Source: an uncultured Actinomycetota bacterium | GTDB taxonomy: Bacteria > Actinomycetota > Actinomycetes > Mycobacteriales > SCTD01 | DNA: 64,000 bases | NCBI GenBank assembly: GCA_963784705.1 | Contig: CAWASC010000014.1 | Span: 172,898 to 236,897 of the forward strand | Direction of reading: 5' to 3' | Part shown: piece by piece, positions 10,234-19,106 of the stretch | Layout of the letters: each line of letters starts with the position of its first letter | How positions within the stretch are numbered: position 1 is the stretch's first letter | Translations under genes and position numbers: made by a program | Notes under the pieces: generated by a model | The model's input: the letters and a program-made list of their open reading frames with translations, nothing else | Databases searched by the model: none | What the model was told of the DNA's origin: nothing

Positions 10234-11025
10234 GTGACCACCCCCCACCCCGGTCCGCCGCGCAGCGCGCTGCTGGCGTGCTGGTTGACAGCGTGGCTGT
10301 CGGGCGAGGCGTCGCTTCCCGAGCTGGTCGCGCGCGCGACCGCCCTCGACGACGGGCATCTGGTGGCGGGTCTCTGGGTCGACGACCTCGACCTCGAGCA
10401 GGCCGCCGGACGGCTTCGGGCCGAGGGTGTGCGCCGGGTCCGCGTCGTCCTGCCGGTACCCGGCGACCCGCTCGGCCTGCCCGGTCCCGGCCCGTTCACC
10501 GCCGCCGCGCTGGCCGCCGGTGAGGGGGTCCTGGCCCTCCGTGCGGACGGGAGTGGGACCGGCCTGGTCCCGCAGCTCATCAGCCACGGCACCGAGCTCG
10601 ACGGGACGGTGACGACGGTGACGTGGCAGTGCTGGCCGGTCACGGTCACCGCCCCTGACCCGGGACCGTTCCTGCACGAGGCGGAGCACGACTTGCGGCT
10701 CGGAGTCGTCGAAGCGGCTCGGTCCCTCGCGGAGCTGGATGTCGCGCGCTGGAGCCCGGACGTCGCGGACGCGCTGATGGACCTGCGCTCGGCCGCCCGC
10801 CGGGGCCTCGACGACGACGAGCTGCCTCGCTCCTGGCCGCCGCGCGCCCGGGAGGTCCTCGTCCGCACCCGTCAGCTGGCGGCACTGCTGAGCCTGGCCC
10901 AGCGAGATGTCGGTGGTGCCGTGGACGCGCGGCAGGCGGAGGAGCGCGACCGCGTCCTTCGTGACCTCGCCCGGGTGGTGCGCCGCGCCAGGGTGGCCGC
11001 CTACAACAGCGGTGCAGCCGCATGA
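10234..11025 (+). CDS. conserved hypothetical protein
   Basis: 263-aa ORF with strong G/C-ending codon bias. Its stop overlaps the serB ATG (ATGA). No family recognised. Confidence 0.6.
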   Translation: MTTPHPGPPRSALLACWLTAWLSGEASLPELVARATALDDGHLVAGLWVDDLDLEQAAGRLRAEGVRRVRVVLPVPGDPLGLPGPGPFTAAALAAGEGVLALRADGSGTGLVPQLISHGTELDGTVTTVTWQCWPVTVTAPDPGPFLHEAEHDLRLGVVEAARSLAELDVARWSPDVADALMDLRSAARRGLDDDELPRSWPPRAREVLVRTRQLAALLSLAQRDVGGAVDARQAEERDRVLRDLARVVRRARVAAYNSGAAA

Positions 11026-12197
11026 GCCTGCTGGTGACCGTGACGGGTCGCGATCACCCCGGCGTGACCGCCACCCTCATGGAGGTCCTGGACCGGTGCG
11101 GGTCCGTGGTCGAGGACGTGGAACAGGTGGTCGTGCACGGACGCCTGCTCCTGGGCATCGTCATCAGCGGGCCGGGTCCCGGGACCGACGTGCGGGCAGC
11201 CCTTGCCGAGGCGGCCCGGTCCGTCGACGTCGACGTGGAGTTCGCCGCTCTTGAGGAGGATCCGGACCAGGCAGCGGTTTCCGCCCCGACTCCGGCCCGG
11301 CACCACGTCGTGGTCCTCGGCGCCCCGCTCCCCCCTGCGGCGCTGGCCGGGGTCGCGCGCCGGCTCGCCTCGTGCGGGGCGAACATCGAGCGGGTGCAGC
11401 GGTTGTCGTCGTGGCCGGCGCAGTCGTTCGAGCTGATCGTCGTCGGTGGCGAGACCGCCCGCCTGCGCACCGAGCTGGCTGCGGAGGCCGTCGTCCAGCA
11501 GGTGGACGTCGCGGTCGAGCGCGCGTCGATCTACCGTCGTGCCCGCCGACTGGTCGTCATGGACGTCGACTCCACGCTCGTGCAGGGCGAGGTGATCGAG
11601 ATGCTCGCCGCCGAGGCGGGCTGCGAGACGGAGGTCGCGCGGGTCACCGCAGCGGCGATGGCCGGCGAGCTCGACTTCGAGCAGTCACTGCGTGCGCGGG
11701 TGGCCCTGCTCGAGGGGCTGCCCGTCGAGGCGGTCGACCGCGTGCGGGCCGCCGTACGCCTCACGCCAGGAGCGCGCACGCTGGTCCGGACCCTGAAGCG
11801 CCTGGGCTGGACGGTCGGCGTCGTCAGCGGTGGGTTCACCGCGGTCACCGACGACCTGCGCGACGCGCTCGGCCTCGACCACGCCCTGGCCAACGTCCTG
11901 GAGGTCCGGGACGGCCGGCTCACCGGACACGTCGTGGGCGACGTCGTCGACCGGGCCGGCAAGGCCGCCGCCCTGCGCCGGTTCGCGGCCGAGGAGGGGC
12001 TGCAGCCGGAGCAGACGGTCGCGATCGGGGACGGGGCCAACGACCTCGACATGCTCGCGGCGGCTGGACTGGGCATCGCCTTCAACGCCAAGCCGGTGGT
12101 GCGCGACGCCGCGGACGCGGCACTGACCGTGCCGTTCCTCGATGCCGTCCTGTTCCTGCTCGGCATCCCGCGCGACGAGGTGGAGCAGGTCGTCTAG
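11022..12197 (+). CDS. serB: phosphoserine phosphatase SerB (ACT domains + HAD)
   Basis: 391 aa. N-terminal ACT-like repeats. HAD motif I VVMDVDSTLVQGEVIE and C-terminal GDGANDLDML. Confidence 0.9.
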   Translation: MSLLVTVTGRDHPGVTATLMEVLDRCGSVVEDVEQVVVHGRLLLGIVISGPGPGTDVRAALAEAARSVDVDVEFAALEEDPDQAAVSAPTPARHHVVVLGAPLPPAALAGVARRLASCGANIERVQRLSSWPAQSFELIVVGGETARLRTELAAEAVVQQVDVAVERASIYRRARRLVVMDVDSTLVQGEVIEMLAAEAGCETEVARVTAAAMAGELDFEQSLRARVALLEGLPVEAVDRVRAAVRLTPGARTLVRTLKRLGWTVGVVSGGFTAVTDDLRDALGLDHALANVLEVRDGRLTGHVVGDVVDRAGKAAALRRFAAEEGLQPEQTVAIGDGANDLDMLAAAGLGIAFNAKPVVRDAADAALTVPFLDAVLFLLGIPRDEVEQVV

Positions 12198-13210
12198 GGG
12201 CGACGCGCTGGCGGGCAGCACCGGGCTGGGCAGCGGTCGTGGGTCGCCACACCCCCGTGGTCGGTGAGCTCCGGCCCGCCGGCAGCGCGTTCGCGGACCA
12301 GTCGCGCCAGCATCGCGACGAACTCGGGGTCGGTGCCGACCGTCGCCGCCCGCCCGAGGCGCAGTCCCAGCTGGTCGGCCGTCTGTGCCGCCTCGTGGTC
12401 GAGGTCGTAGACCACCTCGACGTGGTCGCTGGTGAAGCCGATCGGCACCAGGACCACCTCGGAGTTCCCCTGCGCTGCCAGGGATCGCAGGTGGTCGTTC
12501 ACGTCCGGTTCCAGCCAGGGGACGGTCGGCGGTCCGCTGCGCGACTGGAACACGAGATCCCACGGGCGGTCTCCGGCCACCTGCGCCGCGGCCTGACGCA
12601 GCGCCTCGACGTACGCACCGCCGTCGGGGCCGCTGGTCGCGGCGCTCACCTGCGGGATGGAGTGCGCCGTGAAGACCAGGCGGGCGTCGGGCAGGCCCAC
12701 GGCGGCGACGTTCCTGCGCATCGGCGCGAGAAAGCCCTCCTCGGCGTAGTAGTGCCGCACCTTGGTGACCAGCGGTCCTCCCGGCACCAGCGCGCGCCAC
12801 ACGTCCTCGCGGTACTGCCGGCACCCGCTGTACGACGGGAAGGCAGACGTGACGACAGCCAGTGCGTGACGCCGACCGTCGGCGGCCATCCGGGCGAGGG
12901 TGTCGGGCAGCAGCGGGTCCCAGTTGCGGTTCCCCCAGTAGACGGGCAGGTCGGGCAGCGACTCCTGGAGGGCGACCTGCAGCGCACGGCACTGGTCGTT
13001 GAGGGGGCTGACCCCGCCGAACACCTCCAGGTAGTGGCGCGCCACCTCGCTCAGTCGTTCGGCGGGTATGCCGCGGCCACGGGTGACGTTCTCCAGGAAC
13101 GGCAGGACATCGTCCGGTCCCTCGGGCCCCCCGAAGCTGACGAGCAGGACGCAGTCGACGGCGGGCGGGTCCAGCGGTCGGGTGTCAAGGGTGGGGGCGT
13201 CGGGCGTCAT
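12194..13210 (-). CDS. hemH: ferrochelatase (coproporphyrin ferrochelatase type) with Cys-rich C-terminal tail
   Basis: VLLVSFGGPEGPDDVLPFLENVTRGRGIP, FTAHSIP and PIGFTSDHVEV motifs. The tail ends ...HDRCPARCCPPARRP. ATG 13210 chosen over track start 13300 to avoid overlapping the divergent SDR promoter region. Confidence 0.88.
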   Translation of the reverse strand: MTPDAPTLDTRPLDPPAVDCVLLVSFGGPEGPDDVLPFLENVTRGRGIPAERLSEVARHYLEVFGGVSPLNDQCRALQVALQESLPDLPVYWGNRNWDPLLPDTLARMAADGRRHALAVVTSAFPSYSGCRQYREDVWRALVPGGPLVTKVRHYYAEEGFLAPMRRNVAAVGLPDARLVFTAHSIPQVSAATSGPDGGAYVEALRQAAAQVAGDRPWDLVFQSRSGPPTVPWLEPDVNDHLRSLAAQGNSEVVLVPIGFTSDHVEVVYDLDHEAAQTADQLGLRLGRAATVGTDPEFVAMLARLVRERAAGGPELTDHGGVATHDRCPARCCPPARRP

Positions 13211-13247
13211 GGTGAGGGCAGTCTGCCCGGTCCGTAGGCTCCGAGGC

Positions 13248-13967
13248 ATGTCGAAGGTCGCTCTGGTCACAGGCTCGTCGTCCGGCATCGGCGCCGCCAT
13301 CGCGCACCGCCTGGCGGCGGACGGCCTGCACGTGGTCGTGAACAGTCGCAGCAGCGTCGCCGAGGGGCAGGCCGTGGCGACGGCAGTCGGGGGGAGCTAC
13401 CTGCAGGCCGACGTCGGGCAGGAGGCCGCTGCCAAGGGACTCATCGACGCCGTCCTGGAGGCACACGGTCGGCTCGACGTGCTGGTGAACAACGCCGGGA
13501 CCACCGAGGTGATCGCACACTCCGACCTGGCCGCCGCCACCCCGGACATCTGGCGCCGCCTGTACGACGTCAACGTCATTGCGCCGTTCGTGCTGGTCAC
13601 GGCTGCCGAGCAGGCACTGCGCGAGGCCGAGGGCTGCGTCGTCAACGTGTCCTCGCTGGCCGGCGTGAAGCCGACCGGGTCGTCGATCCCGTACGCCGCG
13701 AGCAAGGCGGCCTTCAACCACCAGACCCGTCTGCTGGCGAAGGCGCTCGGGCCGGCCATCCGGGTGAACGCGGTCGCTCCTGGCCTGATCGACACGCCGT
13801 GGACCGCTGAGTGGCACGACCTGCGGGCGCTGGTGACCGCGATGGCGCCGCTCAAGCGGACCGGCACCCCCGAGGACGTCGCGGAGATGGTCTCGGCCCT
13901 GGTGCGGTCGACGTACGTCACCGGCGAGGTGGTCGTGATGGACGGCGGCCTCGGGCTGCTCCCGTGA
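13248..13967 (+). CDS. SDR family oxidoreductase
   Basis: TGSSSGIG cofactor motif, NNAG, and catalytic YAASKAA. Starts at the internal ATG (MSKVALVTG). Confidence 0.88.
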   Translation: MSKVALVTGSSSGIGAAIAHRLAADGLHVVVNSRSSVAEGQAVATAVGGSYLQADVGQEAAAKGLIDAVLEAHGRLDVLVNNAGTTEVIAHSDLAAATPDIWRRLYDVNVIAPFVLVTAAEQALREAEGCVVNVSSLAGVKPTGSSIPYAASKAAFNHQTRLLAKALGPAIRVNAVAPGLIDTPWTAEWHDLRALVTAMAPLKRTGTPEDVAEMVSALVRSTYVTGEVVVMDGGLGLLP

Positions 13968-14656
13968 CAGGGCCGGTGGCCCTCGTGGGGTCCGGGGAGT
14001 ACCTCGAGGTGATGACCGAGGTGGAGGGGTCGCTGCTGGAGGGTCGGCCGCCTCGGTTCGTCCAGCTGCCCACCGCGGCGGCACCCGAGGGACCAGCATC
14101 CCTGGACCGCTGGGTCCGCCTCGGCCGCCAGCAGGCCGAGCGGCTGGGTGTCGAGCAGGTGCCGGTGCTGGTGCGTGACCGTGACGACGCCGACTCCCCC
14201 GCCCTGGCGGCGCTCGTCGAGGGCGCCGGTCTGATCTACCTGAGCGGTGGCAACCCGCCGTACCTCGCGCGGACCCTGCGGGGCACCCGGGTGTGGGAGG
14301 CCATCCGTCTCGCGTGGGAGGGCGGCGCTGCGCTGGCCGGGTGCAGCGCCGGCGCCATGGCCCTCACCTCGTGGGTGCCGGACATCCGGGGCACCAGCAC
14401 TCCGGACGAGGGACTGGGCGTCGTCGCCGGTCTGCGCGTCATCCCGCACTTCGACCGGTTCGCCGGCTGGATGCCTGACCTGGTCGGTCGCTACCTCGCC
14501 GACGTGCCCCCGGACGTCAGCGTCATCGGCGTCGACGAGGACACCGCGATCGTCCTGGACGCCGACGGGTGGCGGGTGCGGGGCCGCCAGGCGGCGTGGC
14601 TGCTGACCCCCGACGGACGAGAGCCGTTCCGGGACGGGGAACGGCTGCCGGTCTAG
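13964..14656 (+). CDS. peptidase S51 / type 1 glutamine amidotransferase-like protein (dipeptidase E/cyanophycinase-like)
   Basis: GTGA overlap with the SDR stop. Motifs LIYLSGGNPPYL and AGCSAGAMAL (nucleophile Ser). Confidence 0.7.
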   Translation: MTGPVALVGSGEYLEVMTEVEGSLLEGRPPRFVQLPTAAAPEGPASLDRWVRLGRQQAERLGVEQVPVLVRDRDDADSPALAALVEGAGLIYLSGGNPPYLARTLRGTRVWEAIRLAWEGGAALAGCSAGAMALTSWVPDIRGTSTPDEGLGVVAGLRVIPHFDRFAGWMPDLVGRYLADVPPDVSVIGVDEDTAIVLDADGWRVRGRQAAWLLTPDGREPFRDGERLPV

Positions 14657-15072
14657 CGGCAGTCCTTGCGGAACGGGTCCGGCGACGCCGAGGCGAGGGT
14701 CGCTCGGGGCAGGCGAGCGAGGGTCAGGTCGGCGTACTGCAGGGCGTCGTCGCACAGGGAGTCGACCGTCCACCCGCTCTCCGTGCCGGCGTCGGTCAGG
14801 GTGACCCGGTAGATCGTGATGTCGTACTTCGACGGCGTGCCGTAGACGGTGCCGATGGAGCCGACCAGGCGCGCAGACCCGCGCGTCCCACCGGTCCACG
14901 GCTGGTCGTAGCGCTGCCACAGGCCGGCGGAGGCGCTCCACACCCCGCCCTTGCTGACGTCTCGGGTCAGGAGCGCGTCGAGGACCTGCTTGGCGACCCG
15001 GTCGGCGAGGACGGCGCTGGGTCGGATGACGGTGGTGGTGTCGCTCACCACCTCGATGGTGGCATCCCCCAC
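14653..15072 (-). CDS. hypothetical protein
   Basis: 139-aa ORF with good codon bias. Its stop overlaps the converging S51 gene by 4 bp. No family recognised. Confidence 0.55.
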   Translation of the reverse strand: MGDATIEVVSDTTTVIRPSAVLADRVAKQVLDALLTRDVSKGGVWSASAGLWQRYDQPWTGGTRGSARLVGSIGTVYGTPSKYDITIYRVTLTDAGTESGWTVDSLCDDALQYADLTLARLPRATLASASPDPFRKDCR

Positions 15073-15101
15073 GGTCTCTCGGGGACCGAATCGGGTTCGA
15101 T

Positions 15102-15107
15102 TATGGT
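15102..15107 (+). promoter_or_regulatory. candidate -10 element (TATGGT) for a leaderless transcript
   Basis: A TANNNT hexamer ends 6 nt before ATG 15114. No SD in between. Confidence 0.4.
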
Positions 15108-15113
15108 CACCCG

Positions 15114-16067
15114 ATGAGAGCTGTGCAGATCACCGAGTTCGGAGGACCCGACGTCCTCCACCTGACCGACCTCCCCGACCCGGTCGAGTCCGGTGGCCAG
15201 GTCCTGGTGGACGTGCGCAGCGCGGGCGTCAACTACGCCGACACCCACCAGGTCGAGAACTCCTACCTGTCGCCGTCAGAGCTCCCGCTCGTGCCCGGTT
15301 CCGAGGTGGTCGGCACGCTCGCCGACGGCACCCGGGTCGCGGCCTTCACGATGTCCGGGGGGTACTGCGAGAAGGCCCTCGCCTACCCGCACATGACGTT
15401 CCCGCTCCCCGAAGCGGTCAGCGACGGCGCAGCCCTCGCCCTGATGGTGCAGGGCCTCACGGCCTGGCACCTGCTGCGGACCTCCACGCATCTGGTGCCG
15501 GGCGAGAGCGTTGTCGTCCACGCAGCGGCCGGAGGGGTGGGGACCCTCGCCGTTCAGCTCGCCAAGGCCTGGGGCGCCGGCAACGTCATCGCGGTCGCCT
15601 CGACGCACGACAAGCTCCAGCTCGCCCAAAGGCTCGGCGCCGACAGCCTGGTCCTCGCTGGTGAACCCGACCTGAAGGCCGCTCTCGAGGCAGCCAACGG
15701 CGGCAAGAAGGTCGACATCGTCCTGGAGATGGTCGGCGGGTCGACCTTCGACGCCTCCTTGGCGGCCCTGGCGCCGTTCGGTCGGCTGGCGACGTTCGGG
15801 ATGGCCTCGCGTGAGGCGCCCAAGCCGGTCAGCGCAGGCGAGCTGATGTCGCGGTCGCGGGCGGTGGTCGGCTTCTGGTTGGCGCACTGCTTCGGTCGCC
15901 CTGACCTGCTGCAGCCGCAGATGGCGGAGCTGCTGGCGATGGTCGCGGACGGCACCCTGGTCCCCCAGGTCGGCGGTACCTACCCCCTCGCCGACGCCGC
16001 GCAGGCGCACGAGGCGCTGCGCAGCCGCGGGTCCGTCGGCAAGCTCGTCCTCGACTGCACCGCCTGA
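15114..16067 (+). CDS. qor: NADPH:quinone oxidoreductase (zinc-type ADH/MDR superfamily)
   Basis: 317 aa. GVNYADTH, AAAGGVGTLAVQLAK (Rossmann) and C-terminal GKLVL, typical of the Qor/zeta-crystallin family. Confidence 0.85.
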   Translation: MRAVQITEFGGPDVLHLTDLPDPVESGGQVLVDVRSAGVNYADTHQVENSYLSPSELPLVPGSEVVGTLADGTRVAAFTMSGGYCEKALAYPHMTFPLPEAVSDGAALALMVQGLTAWHLLRTSTHLVPGESVVVHAAAGGVGTLAVQLAKAWGAGNVIAVASTHDKLQLAQRLGADSLVLAGEPDLKAALEAANGGKKVDIVLEMVGGSTFDASLAALAPFGRLATFGMASREAPKPVSAGELMSRSRAVVGFWLAHCFGRPDLLQPQMAELLAMVADGTLVPQVGGTYPLADAAQAHEALRSRGSVGKLVLDCTA

Positions 16068-16109
16068 CGACTGCACCGCCTGACGACTGCACCGCCTGAC
16101 GACTGCACC
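16052..16109. repeat. 16-bp tandem repeat, about 3.6 copies, starting in the last codons of qor
   Basis: CGACTGCACCGCCTGA occurs three times perfectly (16052, 16068, 16084), plus CGACTGCACC. Copy 1 encodes ..DCTA plus the TGA stop. Confidence 0.92.
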
Positions 16110-16123
16110 AGCAGCCCGACAGG

Positions 16124-16756
16124 TCAGGCCGTGTCCTCGACGGGCGCGATCTTCGGGCAGGGGCAGTGCTCGTCGTGCCAGGCGCGGCGGCACCCGGCGG
16201 GGTAGGTCAGCTCACGCACGACACGCGCAGGGTTGCCGGCGACCAGGCAGTCGTCCGGGACGTCCCTGGTGACCACGGCGCCTGCGGCGACGAGCACGCG
16301 CTTGCCGAGGGTGACGCCCGGCAGGATGATCGCGCGCGCCCCGATCCAGCAGCCGTCGCCGATGTGGATCGGTGCCTGCTTGTGCGGGCGCCCCTCGACG
16401 CCATGGCTGTCGGAGTCCATGACGTAGACGTCGTTGGCGAAGGCCACGTCGTCACCGACCACGATCTGCTCGACCGAGATGATCGTGCTGCCGACGTTGA
16501 CGAAGCAGCGGTCGCCGAAGCGCATCCGCCCCCAGCCGCTGATCATCGTGACCCGCGGTCCCGACCAGACCTTGAAGTCGTCGCCGACGACCAGGTCCGA
16601 CGCGTCGACGACGGGCTTGCCGAAGACCACCGGGCGCACGCCACGGCCCTTGATCCCGCGCAGGGTCCAGCGACCGCGGGCCTGCTGACGCAGCACGGCG
16701 CGGTACCACTGCAGCTCCACGCGCCGCCGCCGCCACCCGCTCAGGTCCTCTTGCAC
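16124..16756 (-). CDS. hexapeptide-repeat (LbH) acetyltransferase
   Basis: Left-handed beta-helix repeats (VGDDVAFANDVYV, IGDGCWIGARAIILPGVTLGKRVLVAAGAVV, AGNPARV). GTG 16756 is proposed because the longer track ORF would overlap the divergent gene at 16781. Start uncertain. Confidence 0.75.
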   Translation of the reverse strand: MQEDLSGWRRRRVELQWYRAVLRQQARGRWTLRGIKGRGVRPVVFGKPVVDASDLVVGDDFKVWSGPRVTMISGWGRMRFGDRCFVNVGSTIISVEQIVVGDDVAFANDVYVMDSDSHGVEGRPHKQAPIHIGDGCWIGARAIILPGVTLGKRVLVAAGAVVTRDVPDDCLVAGNPARVVRELTYPAGCRRAWHDEHCPCPKIAPVEDTA

Positions 16757-16780
16757 GGCCAAGACCCTAGCCTTGCGGGG

Positions 16781-16987
16781 ATGACCCACGCCGAGAACGG
16801 GACCGACGCACCGGTGTGCTCGGCGAAGGGCTGCCGCGCCCAAGCGACGCACGTCGTGCTCTGGAACAACCCCCGGCTGCACACCCCGGACCGCGAGAAG
16901 CCCTGGCACGCCTGCGACGAGCACCAGGGGACGCTGGCGGAATACCTCGACGTGCGCGGCTTCCTGCTGCGCGTCGAGCCGCTGTGA
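16781..16987 (+). CDS. small Cys/His-containing protein (possible zinc-binding), unknown function
   Basis: 68 aa: MTHAENGTDAPVCSAKGCRAQATHVVLWNNPRLHTPDREKPWHACDEHQGTLAEYLDVRGFLLRVEPL. Pattern CxxxxC...HxCxxH. Its stop overlaps the amidase GTG (GTGA). Confidence 0.55.
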   Translation: MTHAENGTDAPVCSAKGCRAQATHVVLWNNPRLHTPDREKPWHACDEHQGTLAEYLDVRGFLLRVEPL

Positions 16988-18033
16988 CCGACGGCTGGTC
17001 GCTGCGGTTGCCAGACAGTGGGTCTGGGCCCCGTGTGGCAGTGAAGGACCTCATGGCGCAGGCCGGCCTGCCGCTCACCGCCGGGTCGAAGGCGCTGTCG
17101 GCATTCCCCACCGCCGACGCCGCCTGCCTCGCCCACGTCCGCAACGTCGTCGGGCGCACCCGCATGCACGAGCTCGCCTTCGGCATCACGGGCGTGAACG
17201 ACTGGCAGGGGACGCCGACCAACCCGCTCGACCCGACACTGGTGCCCGGCGGCTCGTCCAGCGGAGCGGCGGTCGTCGTGGCGGCTGGTGAGGCCGAGGT
17301 CGCCCTCGGCACCGACACCGGTGGTTCGGTCCGGATCCCCGCAGCGTGCTGCGGCGTCGCGGGGCTGAAGACGACCCACGGCCGCATCAGCCTGGAGGGC
17401 GTCTGGCCCCTGGCGCCCTCGTTCGACACCGTCGGCCCGCTCGCGCGCGACGTGCCGGGACTGGTCCTCGGCATGCAGCTGCTCGAACCCGGCTTCACGG
17501 TCGGCGAACCGGGGCGCGTGGCCCGCTACCGCCCGGCGGCGGCCGCCGGCGTCGACGCCGCGCTGGACCGGGTCCTCGGCCGGCTGCCGGAAGTCGAGCT
17601 GCCCGGCTGGGACGACGCCGACGCCGCGTGCCTGGTCATCCTGGGCGCCGAGGCACACCAGTCGAGCGGATATCTGCTCGCGACGGGCCGGGTGGGCGCT
17701 GATGTCGCCGACCGGTTGCGGCAGGGCGGCGCGCGGACCGCCCAGGAGCGGCAGGCAGCGCAGGAGGTCCGCGTCCGATGGACCGCTGAGCTGCTGAGGG
17801 TCTTCGAGCAGTACGACGTCCTTGCCCTCCCGGTCCTGCGCGACGCCCCCGCGCCGGTGTCCGACCCGTCGCGGCAGTACCCGCTCCGGCTCACCCTGCC
17901 CGTCAACCTCGCCGGGCTGCCCGCTGTCGCCGTACCCGTCCCGCGGCGCGACGGTCCCCCTGCCTCCCTGCAGCTGGTCGGACGTCCGGGAGCCGAAGAG
18001 GTCCTGCTGGCCACGGCGCTCGCGCTGCGGTGA
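16984..18033 (+). CDS. amidase-signature family protein (compact, about 349 aa)
   Basis: AS motif GGSSSGAAVVVAAGEAEVALGTDTGGSVRIPAACCG and catalytic-Lys context AVKD. Lacks the usual N-terminal helical region of about 60-100 aa. Confidence 0.8.
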   Translation: MTDGWSLRLPDSGSGPRVAVKDLMAQAGLPLTAGSKALSAFPTADAACLAHVRNVVGRTRMHELAFGITGVNDWQGTPTNPLDPTLVPGGSSSGAAVVVAAGEAEVALGTDTGGSVRIPAACCGVAGLKTTHGRISLEGVWPLAPSFDTVGPLARDVPGLVLGMQLLEPGFTVGEPGRVARYRPAAAAGVDAALDRVLGRLPEVELPGWDDADAACLVILGAEAHQSSGYLLATGRVGADVADRLRQGGARTAQERQAAQEVRVRWTAELLRVFEQYDVLALPVLRDAPAPVSDPSRQYPLRLTLPVNLAGLPAVAVPVPRRDGPPASLQLVGRPGAEEVLLATALALR

Positions 18034-18034
18034 G

Positions 18035-18406
18035 CTACTCGCGGAACCCGCCGAGGAACCGACGGAAGACCCCGCCGGTGCGCGGCAGAGGTGCCGCCGG
18101 CGGGAGCGGGGTCGTCCGACGGGTCGCGACGGGCTGGTCGTAGTCGGTGTGCGCGATCGCCTCGACGGTCTGGTCCTCGTCGAACTCCTCCGAGCCCTCG
18201 AGCTGCGGCACGAAACCGACGAGCATGCCGTTGCGCATCACCTGGGCTTCGAGCCCGAGCGTGCCGTCGGTGTCCCACACGGCGTTGCGCCCGTCGCGCA
18301 GCGCGACCCGGACGCCGAACTGGTAGGTCGAGGCGCGTTCGACGTACGCGTCGATGCCCTGCTGGCGCAGTCGGTCCACCACGCGTCCCGCGCGCTTCTC
18401 CTCCAC
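18035..18406 (-). CDS. hypothetical protein
   Basis: 123-aa ORF converging on the amidase gene. No family recognised. Confidence 0.5.
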   Translation of the reverse strand: MEEKRAGRVVDRLRQQGIDAYVERASTYQFGVRVALRDGRNAVWDTDGTLGLEAQVMRNGMLVGFVPQLEGSEEFDEDQTVEAIAHTDYDQPVATRRTTPLPPAAPLPRTGGVFRRFLGGFRE

Positions 18407-18453
18407 CGAAAACCCTTCCTGCTGCCGAACGGACGGCCTCTAGGCTGCCATGC

Positions 18454-19035
18454 GTGCGCACCCCGGAGCCGGTCCTGCTGTCGCGCGGCCGGGTCCGGTT
18501 GGAGCCCTGGGAGCCGCGGCACGACGCCGACCTGCTCGACGCCGCACACCAGGACGACGTCTGGCGGTGGCTCAGCGTGCCCCGACCGGTCGACCTCGCC
18601 GAGATGGGGCTGCTGCGCGAGACCCACGTCGGACTCCCGTGGGCGGTCGTCGTGGACGGTCGAGCCGTCGGTTCGACCTCCTACCTCGACGTGGACCTGG
18701 CCGTCGAGGGGCTCGAGATCGGCTGGACGTGGTACCGCAGGGACGTGTGGGCCACGGACGTCAACCCCACGTGCAAGCTGCTCCTGCTCGGGCACGCCTT
18801 CGACGACCTCGGGGCCGCGCGCGTCACGCTGAAGACCGACGCGCTGAACACCCGCTCCCAGTCGGCCATCCGTCGGCTCGGCTGCTCGTACGACGGAACC
18901 CTGCGCCACCACCGGCTGCGCGCGGACGGGTCGGTGCGCGACTCCGCGTACTTCTCGATGCTCGCCGCGGAGTGGCCGGCAGCGCGCGAGGGCCTGCTCA
19001 AACGGCTTCGGGAGTTCGGGTCGGCCGGTCACTGA
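18454..19035 (+). CDS. GNAT family N-acetyltransferase (RimJ/RimL-like)
   Basis: Pattern RLEPWEPRHDADLLDAA ... IGWTWYRRDVWATDVNPTCKLLLLGHAFDDLGAARVTLKTDALNTRSQSAIRRLG. GTG 18454 chosen as start. Confidence 0.8.
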   Translation: MRTPEPVLLSRGRVRLEPWEPRHDADLLDAAHQDDVWRWLSVPRPVDLAEMGLLRETHVGLPWAVVVDGRAVGSTSYLDVDLAVEGLEIGWTWYRRDVWATDVNPTCKLLLLGHAFDDLGAARVTLKTDALNTRSQSAIRRLGCSYDGTLRHHRLRADGSVRDSAYFSMLAAEWPAAREGLLKRLREFGSAGH

Positions 19036-19106
19036 GTCGGCGCGGGTCCGGCGCAGTGCAGCGCGGACACCGACCGGAAACAGCGGGGTAACAGCAAGAC
19101 GGCACG

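Noticed and set aside
15088-15110. GGGTTCGATT, resembling a tRNA T-psi-C arm. A similar GGGGTCGAACC occurs near 55024.
   Set aside because: The intergenic segments are too short or lack acceptor, D and anticodon stems. No cloverleaf can be drawn.
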